A stretch of DNA of 63,872 nucleotides, filler included, from Octopus bimaculoides (Eukaryota), in assembly GCF_001194135.2 (NCBI RefSeq). It is 4 parts of 4 records of this genome, joined end to end, with 100 filler letters (N's around TTAATTAATTAA, not from the genome) between each part and the next. Parts side by side here need not be neighbours in the genome. Positions count along the whole stretch, not along the records: positions 35,877 to 56,235 come from NC_068989.1; positions 56,336 to 63,872 come from NC_068983.1; 2 more parts are not named here. One strand, given 5' to 3'. The position numbers and the translations under genes are program-made. The stretch's first letter is position 1, and every line of letters starts with the position of its first letter. Shown piece by piece: positions 54,815-63,872 of this stretch. Under the pieces are notes generated by a model, which was given only the letters and a program-made list of their open reading frames with translations, was not told where the DNA came from and did no database searches.

Positions 54815-55773
54815 GAACACAGAAAAAAACAAGGAGNNNNNNNNNNNNNNNNNNNNNNNNNNNNNNNNNNNNNNNNNNNNNNNNNNNNNNNNNNNNNNNN
54901 NNNNNNNNNNNNNNNNNNNNNNNNNNNNNNNNNNNNNNNNNNNNNNNNNNNNNNNNNNNNNNNNNNNNNNNNNNNNNNNNNNNNNNNNNNNNNNNNNNNN
55001 NNNNNNNNNNNNNNNNNNNNNNNNNNNNNNNNNNNNNNNNNNNNNNNNNNNNNNNNNNNNNNNNNNNNNNNNNNNNNNNNNNNNNNNNNNNNNNNNNNNN
55101 NNNNNNNNNNNNNNNNNNNNNNNNNNNNNNNNNNNNNNNNNNNGAGAGAGAGAGAGAGAGAGAGAGAGAGAGGCAGACAGATACGCAGACAGAGGTTAAT
55201 ATATGTAGACAGTGGATAATACATATATAGACAGGGTGTAATATATATAGAAAGAGGATGATATATATATACAGACAGAGGGTTAATATATCCTATCTGA
55301 AAATTAAGTATTAATTCTGTAATTTTGTAATGCAAAAACTTAATAGTAATATTATTCCATCATTTTCTCTGTCTCTATGCTGGCTATACATTTATTATTT
55401 ATTTCTTCTTTTATAGAAGAAAGGGAATAAATGGTAAAAAGCCAATGGGGTAAATGACAGAAGAATCACAAACTTAACCAATTTATGTCACAGGATGTGA
55501 GTAAGAAAATACTGTTCATCTTCAAGTTCAGCATAATGTGAAACATTGCACCATGCTCCTTTGTATCTCTCCAGCCACAACCATTCTTTTGGAGATTAAA
55601 ACTTGGGAAAATAAAGTACCAAAACTCAGGATTATTGAGATTTATTTGAAGAATTATCCCCCGTGTCTTAATATAACTGCTGTTTCATCAATGCAAATAT
55701 CAAATGTTTGTCATGTAAAATATAACAGTGAAAGTAATTATACTCTGGCAAAGGAAAATATAAGTCTACAAAC

Positions 55774-55855
55774 CTGTGGAACTGAAGTTAAAAGAGCTTT
55801 AGCTTGTGGAGGTTTCCAGAAATTTGCATCTTGAAAAAGCCATCCTTGCATTAAC
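55774..55855 (-). CDS. NAGLU: NAGLU (alpha-N-acetylglucosaminidase, GH89) internal coding exon, first of five in the window
   Basis: Minus strand ctctttcAG|G TTA ATG CAA GGA TGG ... CCA CAG|GTttgt. 82 nt (1 + 27 codons) = (W)LMQGWLFQDANFWKPPQAKALLTSVPQ, matching human NAGLU [29 protein letters not shown] as recalled. Confidence 0.95.
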
Positions 55856-55920
55856 CTGAAAGAGAAATTTGAGGAGAGCCAAGCTGTATGAGAGGGGGAG
55901 AGAGAGAGAGAGAGAGAGAG

Positions 55921-55960
<40 letters not shown>

Positions 55961-56145
55961 TGAGTGAGTGTGCGACCAAGTGTGCATGAATACGTGCATG
56001 CGTGTGCATGTGTATGTCTGTGTGTGCGCATGTGTGAATGTGTGTGTGTGTAGATACAAGCAAGAAATTTCAAACAGTAACAAATGCTGAGGGGTTTATG
56101 GTTACTGCTGCTGGCACCTCATGTCTAGTTATTTGAATTAGGTCT

Positions 56146-56183
56146 CCTGATCATCAGATTGGATATAAAATCTGATGATCAGG
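56146..56183. repeat. Perfect 15-bp inverted repeat with 8-nt loop
   Basis: CCTGATCATCAGATT ggatataa AATCTGATGATCAGG. Confidence 0.9.
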
Positions 56184-56235
56184 GATGTGCAAGCAATTTG
56201 AATAACATAACTACATGTGAGGCACACGCTGCAAT

Positions 56236-56335
56236 NNNNNNNNNNNNNNNNNNNNNNNNNNNNNNNNNNNNNNNNNNNNTTAATTAATTAANNNNNNNNN
56301 NNNNNNNNNNNNNNNNNNNNNNNNNNNNNNNNNNN
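56236..56335. other. Artificial scaffold-join spacer
   Basis: TTAATTAATTAA at 56280-56291 within 44+44 N. Confidence 0.95.
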
Positions 56336-56579
56336 ATATATATATATATATATATATACGACGGACTTCTTTCAGTTTCTGTGTACCAAATCCACTCACA
56401 AGGCTTTGGTCGGCCCGAGACTATAGTAGAAGAAACTTGGCCAAGGTACCACGCAGTGGGACTGAAGCCGGAACCATGTGGCTGGTAAGCAAGCTACTTA
56501 CCACACAGCCACTTCTGCACCTATATATATATATATACTTACATATGCCTACATATATGCTTATATATATATGTGGGTG

Positions 56580-56633
<54 letters not shown>

Positions 56634-56687
56634 NNNNNNNNNNNNNNNNNNNNNNNNNNNNNNNNNNNNNNNNNNNNNNNNNNNGTG

Positions 56688-56743
<56 letters not shown>

Positions 56744-57744
56744 TATATAGATATATATATAAATACATACGTGTGTGTGTGTAAATATGTAAATATGTAA
56801 ATAAATATATAAATGACACACAGACGTTCACTCGTACACTCAAACATATATCTACTTCGGTTGAATGTGTGTTACTTGCACATCTACGCGCGCGTTTGCG
56901 TTTGTGCAAGTTTATTGTGGTATCCATAAAGAGAAAGTGAGACGAGAGTTGGCAAACCACACTCTTTAAATATCAATCTATGCAAACCAACAATCTATTC
57001 ATTCATCTATCTTCCTCCTTTTCTACCTTTACTTTATCTACTGTTCTATTATGCTATTAATATATATCTATTCATGTTAAACAGCTCTATTACACATACA
57101 TCACTTGTTTTTCCATTAATAATTTTGCTCTTTGTTCGTTGATTCAGTAAAGTTTTATTTGGAAATGCAAACTAACAAAACAATATATATATAGATTACT
57201 TCTTGTGTTTTCGAAATTTCTACAATCTTTCTTGACATTCGTTTTGTTCTTAGATTTTTTTTATATTTAGTCCTTCATTCCGTCATACTGTATTACGTGA
57301 GAATTCATAGCTATGATTCTATAATACAAACTGTGTGAGAGAAGATCTCTCTTGGGTTTGAATTTGAATCATTCCAAAGTTGTTTCTCTACAATTCTAAC
57401 CAGGTGAATAGGCACAGAAATTTTTCATCAGTAAATAATAAATATAATATATTAAAATTAAATAAATAAAAAAAAAAGGACAAAATATTTTCTTTGAATG
57501 AGAAATCACCTGGGAATTGTCAAATTTAACATTGGGTTGTGTTGAATAGATAGAGATATTCTATTTTAGTAAAATGAAAAAAGAAATCGGGGAAAAATGC
57601 AAGAAATAAGATAAAGAAGGCGATGTAGAGATGTAGACAAACCGAAGAACTAGTTGTCTACATGCACACATATTGAATATCTTTTCGCATCTTCCACTTT
57701 CTCTCCAGATACATAGATGAAGCAATAGAAAGGCATGTGGATAA

Positions 57745-57801
<57 letters not shown>

Positions 57802-58073
57802 AACGTTTGTGTGTANNNNNNNNNNNNNNNNNNNNNNNNNNNNNNNNNNNNNNNNNNNNNNNNNNNNNNNNNNNNNNNNNNNNNNNNNNNNNNNNNNNNN
57901 NNNNNNNNNNNNNNNNNNNNNNNNNNNNNNNNNNNNNNNNNNNNNNNNNNNNNNNNNNNNNNNNNNNNNNNNNNNNNNNNNNNNNNNNNNNNNNNNNNNN
58001 NNNNNNNNNNNNNNNNNNNNNNNNNNNNNNNNNNNNNNNNNNNNNNNNNNNNNNNNNNNNNNNNNNNNNNNNN

Positions 58074-58146
<73 letters not shown>

Positions 58147-58483
58147 AAATCAATGTTTGCAAAGTCTTTGAAGAGCTTGTGAGAATGCGTTGGTTTAGAT
58201 GAAATTCGTGCCGATGCACAAAAACACACGTGTGTACATTTACCGAACACATTTTCTATAGCAAACGCCCCACCCCATTTATATTCTTCTGTCCTTTTGT
58301 TGCCCTCTCTCTTCCTTTTCTTCATTATCTTTATTTTTTCATTATGTACATGCGTGTATGTGTGTAGATAAATACGTACGTAAATACATATATATATGCA
58401 TGCATTTATACACACACAAACACACATAGACACACAAAGGTACACAGGCACACACACATACACACACACATGTATGTATATAT

Positions 58484-58538
<55 letters not shown>

Positions 58539-58952
58539 ATCTCGGTCAGTTTCGACGATGAGTATTCAGCTGCTCGATCAACTGAATGACCTGTCCAGTG
58601 GTTGACGGAGTAAGTAGATGAGAGAAGAGAATCGTTAAATACATTCTTGGGCAGAATTAACATGAAACCGTGAGCAGCATGATTACACCTTTGAATTATG
58701 GATATAATCCGTCCTAGACTTCCCGTCTTTCCAGCGTCATTCAAAAGGTAAAAGTTAACTCGAGGCTACCTTGTATTAATGAAGTTACTCATTCTTTTAT
58801 AAAGTGTCAAACGGTTAAAAAGTATGTAAGACATACATACATACATACCTACATACATACATACATACGTACATACATACATACGTACATACATACATAC
58901 ATACATACATACATACATACATACATACATACATACATACATACATACATAC

Positions 58953-59344
58953 GTTCAAGCCACCAAATTAAAAACACAATTGGCCAGATATTGTAATGTA
59001 GATCCACAAAGAAAAGATAAGCTCTGTTGTGAAAAACAGCTGCCCTCTACATACCGATACTGTTAGAAAAAACAGAAAAGGGGTATTTATGGAGTTTGCT
59101 AATCCAGTACCCAAGATGCACTTTCAGCTTCATACCTATTATTATTACAGCAACAGTGTTCATACCATCCCATCTGGAACAAAATATTGCTGAACTTGGA
59201 ATCTTGGGGAGAGACGGCAAATCCTTAATTCATACGCTACAAATGATATCTGTGACTATAAAAATCTGCAAGGACTTAAGATTTAAAGGATGATGGTTAA
59301 AACAAGATACTTTCATTCACAACTTTGCTAAGAGAAAGAGAAGA
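58953..59344 (+). mobile_element. RLE-type (R4/NeSL-like) LINE 3' fragment A, between (ACAT)n arrays
   Basis: KHNWPDIVM*IHKEK..VVKNSCPL... / LLIQYPRCTFSFIPIII...ELGI...LIHTLQMISVTIKICKDLRFKG* plus a short 3' UTR. Confidence 0.75.
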
Positions 59345-59362
59345 ACATACATACATACATAC

Positions 59363-60125
59363 TACATCACATCACACTTTGAGGGCTATGCGTTTGCAAT
59401 CTAGGAACAGGAGATTGCCACAAAGTACCTGGTGAACAAGAGAGTCAGTGACGCTCTTGTAATCCCAAGGTGCAACCGCACATGTAGGCTATGTCATGTC
59501 CCTGTGAAAGACTACGCATCTGATTAACAACTGTCCTAAAATTTCACCACGGTATTACCGCCCTATGCGGCACGAAGTTGTTGCTAAAACAATTTACAAT
59601 GCCATCAGCAAAAAAGACTGTCCTTAGAAAATCCCTCTATTATGGAATACATTCATAAACACGAACTCAAGGAATACTGGTGGGATATTCCCATCAAAAT
59701 TCTGTCAAATGTAAACGTAACAGGCCGGATATTGTTGTTTGGGACAGAGGGGCAAAGGAATGTACCGTCATAGAGGTCAGCTGCTCTGCAGATATAAATA
59801 TGTCTTTGAAAACCAAAGAAAAAGAGGATATCTATGGATAACTGCTTCGAAACCTCCAGCTTCTATATCCTAACTACGAATTCATTTTCATACCAATAAT
59901 GATTGGAGCACAGGTTTGGTTAGTAAATGCTTAAAGGAGAATCTGGATGAAATGGGATTTTCAGAAAGAGAAATCAACCGGCTGATTCGTACAAGTGCAA
60001 TCTGTGAGTGGAACAGTAAAAAGAGACTTTTCTCAAGTTCCAAATGTGATTTTGTTTGTGTTAACTTGTTGGAAACCGGCTCTATCTTCAATGGAAGATT
60101 AATAATAATTTTTAAAAATAGAAGA
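59363..60125 (+). mobile_element. RLE-type (R4/NeSL-like) LINE 3' fragment B, between (ACAT)n arrays
   Basis: YITSHFEGYAFAI*EQEIATKYL...CRLCH...HLINNCP...RHEVVAKTIYN...EYWWDIPI...RNRPDIVVWDR..KECTVIEVSC...LYPNYEFIFIPIMIGA...KFQM*. Confidence 0.88.
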
Positions 60126-61469
60126 CGTACATATATACATACATACTTCACGGCCTCTCCAGTCGTAGACGATATATGAGTGCTTTGCAAATTTTTTTTA
60201 AGCATGCGCAGATGATTTGTTTATAGCGATGAAGTGTTTGTGCGGTACATTAGATCACTGCCTCCACCAAATTGACAGTGCTTGCACAAGTGCATGATGT
60301 GCTACATGTCAGATGTCTAAGTGACCACAGAGCAATGTGGGAGTGTTTTGCTCAAGGACACAACGCACCGACCGGTCGGGGAATCGAAGATGCGATCCTG
60401 CGATCGTGAATGCAACACCCTGGCCATAAGTCACATGTCCTCACTATAGAGTACGCTGTAGCATACATATGAACATATGTATGCATATATACACATATAT
60501 ATATATATATATATATCTACACACACATACACACACATGCAAACACATGCACACACACACATACACAAACACTCATGTACGTATTTATAAAAAAATTTAT
60601 CTACTAATGCAGTGTTGAGCACTCTCTGTGTTCGACATTTACGTATATACATATATAAAGATAGACCACATAGACACACACATACACACACACACACACA
60701 CACAGGTATTCACATACACATGAACGCACATATACCTCCACACGCACAACACATACACACACAGTACACACATACATGCACGCACATACATACATACATA
60801 CATACATACATACATACACACGCGCACACACACGCACGCACACACGCATGCACGCACGCGCACATACATGAACGCACAAGTACCTCCACACACTCAACAT
60901 ACACAACATACACGCACAGACATTCATACAAACACGTTCATACACTTCCACACTCACTCGCACATACACAGAGAGAGAGTGGGACACACACACGTACCCA
61001 TACACATGTCCACACACACACTTACACACATTCCCACTCCGTCTACGTACACATCTCCACACACACACACACACACACACATCTACAGCCACCCATTCAA
61101 ACACCCATCAGACTGCCTCTCAAACACCCTTCTACTGCTCCGACTACTACTGACCATCCCATCGACGCACATGTACAAAAACACACAAATACCTGTCTCC
61201 ATAGCTGCTGACCACTCACTACGAAATTAACAGACACAAATAGATCACTCACATAAAACACATGTAAACAGTTAATACCATATACACACGCACAAAGTTA
61301 CTACCACATGCACATATGCACTCAGTTACTGCCACTGATACACGCTACCATACACACACACGGTATCACGCACACGCACACCCATGTCACCACCACACGC
61401 GCACACACAGACTCATTTACTGCCACACACGCACTACCATACACACACACACGCTAACATACACACACA

Positions 61470-61520
61470 CATATGCCACTGCACACATATGCCACTGCAC
61501 ACATATGCCACTGCACACAT
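61470..61520. repeat. 16-bp tandem repeat (ATATGCCACTGCACAC) x3
   Basis: Directly visible. Confidence 0.85.
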
Positions 61521-61690
61521 ACGCGCTAACACACCCACTCATACACACAGATACTAACTATTCTTCACACACTCCTGTCCCAGAAAGCACTTTCTCTTTG
61601 TCTATCTACTTTTGGTCTTCCAAAATGTAACCACGCGGACTGTTTGGTGATTCATATTCCTCCTTCTTCCTTTTCTTTTGCACTTTCTTA

Positions 61691-61723
61691 TTTCCGAAGA
61701 AGAGTTTTACTCGAAACGTAAAC
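61691..61723 (+). ncRNA. Minimal hammerhead-like motif, third more decayed copy
   Basis: TTT-CCGAAGA-A-GAG tttta CTC-GAAA-CGT-A-AAC. A6 is retained, U4 is replaced by C, and stem I has only 2 bp. Confidence 0.35.
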
Positions 61724-63022
61724 AACCACTCTTTCTTTCCTTCTCTGAGCGTCTTATTAATAGTTTGCATGTACCACGTCCCCGCGTTGTTGATTTTTCT
61801 TGGCTTTTTTCTCCGTTTTTTTATTAACATATATATATATATATATATATATACATACATATATATATATATNNNNNNNNNNNNNNNNNNNNNNNNNNNN
61901 NNNNNNNNNNNNNNNNNNNNNNNNNNNNNNNNNNNNNNNNNNNNNNNNNNNNNNNNNNNNNNNNNNNNNNNNNNNNNNNNNNNNNNNNNNNNNNNNNNNN
62001 NNNNNNNNNNNNNNNNNNNNNNNNNNNNNNNNNNNNNNNNNNNNNNNNNNNNNNNNNNNNNNNNNNNNNNNNNNNNNNNNNNNNNNNNNNNNNNNNNNNN
62101 NNNNNNNNNNNNNNNNNNNNNNNNNNNNNNNNNNNNNNNNNNNNNNNNNNNNNNNNNNNNNNNNNNNNNNNNNNNNNNNNNNNNNNNNNNNNNNNNNNNN
62201 NNNNNNNNNNNNNNNNNNNNNNNNNNNNNNNNNNNNNNNNNNNNNNNNNNNNNNNNNNNNNNNNNNNNNNNNNNNNNNNNNNNNNNNNNNNNNNNNNNNN
62301 NNNNNNNNNNNNNNNNNNNNNNNNNNNNNNNNNNNNNNNNNNNNNNNNNNNNNNNNNNNNNNNNNNNNNNNNNNNNNTGTGTGTGTGTGTGTGTGTGTGT
62401 GTCATCGTCAAGAGAAAAGACCTGATGGAAATTAACAGACGCCAAGAGGCGAAGATCAAACGTCGAAACCGCACAGAGCAACTCGCACTTTCTCGTCCTC
62501 CGCCAACTCCCCCCGAGTTCCCCCACTCCGTTCCCCAAACCGGCCTTGGTTTCAACTACTATTTTTCTATATACACATATACACACCTTTCACACTGATC
62601 AAGAGGAAGAGGCTCAGTTACTGACTACAGATCTACTACTCTTATACGAGTCAACGCCATAAAAAACATATGTATAGGCATTTAGTAATCGCTTCGTGGC
62701 ATTTCAAACAAACTCCTTTTCGGGAAGTAGGATTATTTCAGAAATCAATAATTCTCCAAATTCGGCATACTATTAGCAAACAGTCACTTTCATTAATAGG
62801 ATACAAAAATACAGCTGTGTCGTGTGTTTCTGCCTCATGATATATTTATACATATCATCAGGACAACAGTGTTCTCGCCTTATCTCCGGCGCAAAGCGAG
62901 AGATCTTTACAATAAAGTAATAAGCAATTCAAATATAAAATATATTAAATACAATACAAGATACATTGTTGGTATGTCACCGCGTGCAAGGAAGATAGAG
63001 CTATTGTTTGGAACCGATGTTA

Positions 63023-63088
63023 AAATTTCATATATTTGTGTGTGAATGTGTGTATGTGTGTATACACACAGACACAAACACACACACA

Positions 63089-63124
<36 letters not shown>

Positions 63125-63817
63125 ATATTTTTCTATATACACATATAGTTGTGCGCGAGTGAGTAGTTACACACACACACGCACACAAATATATACGTAT
63201 GTTCTTATCTTTTTTTTTCTGCTATCTTTTACTTGTTTCTGTCATTTGATTGCAGCTATTCTGGGGCAATGCCTTGAAGGGTTTTAGCCGAACAAATCCA
63301 CCCAGGACTCATATTTTTTAAAGTCTAGTACTTATTTTATTTGTCTGATTTGCCGAACTGCTAAGTTACGAGGACGTAAACACATTATTACCGGTTGTCA
63401 AGCGGTGATGGGGGACAAGCAGACACAAAGGCACACACATACATAGATACATACATATATATTCGACGGGCTTCTTTCAGTTTCCGTCTACCAAATCTAC
63501 ACGAGGCTATAGTTGAAGACACTTGCCCAAGGTGCCATGCAGTGGGACTGAACCTGGAGCCATGTGGTTGCGAAGCAAGCTTCTAACCACACATCAACGC
63601 CTGTGCCTATATATATAAATTTCATATATTTGTGTGTGAATGTGTGTATGTGTGTATACACACAGACACAAACACACACACACGTACACACACACACACA
63701 CACACACACATATAATATTTTTCTATATACACATATAGTTGTGCGCGAGTGAGTAGTTACACACACACACGCACACAAATATATACGTATGTTCTTATCT
63801 TTTTTTTTCTGCTATCT
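63023..63817 (+). repeat. About 205-bp direct repeat pair (63023-63227 and 63617-63817) enclosing two SINEs
   Basis: The copies are identical except for CA-repeat length. The 389-bp insert is a SINE of the family also seen at about 8870 and 35545 (+) plus a third-family SINE (-). Confidence 0.9.
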
Positions 63818-63872
63818 CATCCTCTCCTCCCGTCTCCCCGCCACCGCCTCCAACCTTATTGTTCGCACCCCA

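Noticed and set aside
57631-57663. 10-bp inverted repeat ATGTAGACAA/TTGTCTACAT
   Set aside because: Short AT-rich stem with a 13-nt loop and no terminator or element context; plausible by chance.
5600-62586. Dozens of 100-400 aa ORFs containing X runs and YI/HT/CV/LS/ER repeats
   Set aside because: They span N gaps and dinucleotide microsatellites; artefacts of the ORF caller.

Overview
AT-rich, microsatellite-dense, N-gapped animal genomic DNA. The SINE, LINE and mariner content suggests an octopod cephalopod (Octopus-like); this is inferred from repeat content, not proven. The window is four contigs (1-25677, 25778-35776, 35877-56235, 56336-63872) joined by three identical artificial 100-bp spacers (44N-TTAATTAATTAA-44N), so neighbouring segments need not be adjacent in the genome. 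The only host gene I can support is a five-exon, minus-strand middle fragment of alpha-N-acetylglucosaminidase (NAGLU, GH89) at 37016-55855. It has canonical GT-AG splice sites, compatible phases and the second catalytic Glu motif (SPEG). Its contig is strongly CpG-depleted, unlike the other three. The rest is mobile DNA and simple repeats: four mariner remnants, a Tc1 fragment fused to Helitron-like repeats, RTE, CR1/L2, Tx1 and R4/Dong-like LINE fragments, a Penelope GIY-YIG remnant, a Helentron-type non-autonomous element, a weak hAT relic and many tRNA-derived SINEs. The most interesting observations are two diverged RLE-type LINE 3' fragments each bracketed by (ACAT)n (possible new microsatellite target), a repeat family carrying a minimal dimer-type hammerhead ribozyme motif with a variant core, a twin-priming-like inversion in an RTE LINE, and the Helitron-like/Tc1 chimera. 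Nearly all long ORFs in the supplied track are microsatellite or N-gap artefacts. There is no CRISPR array, rRNA or true tRNA gene.
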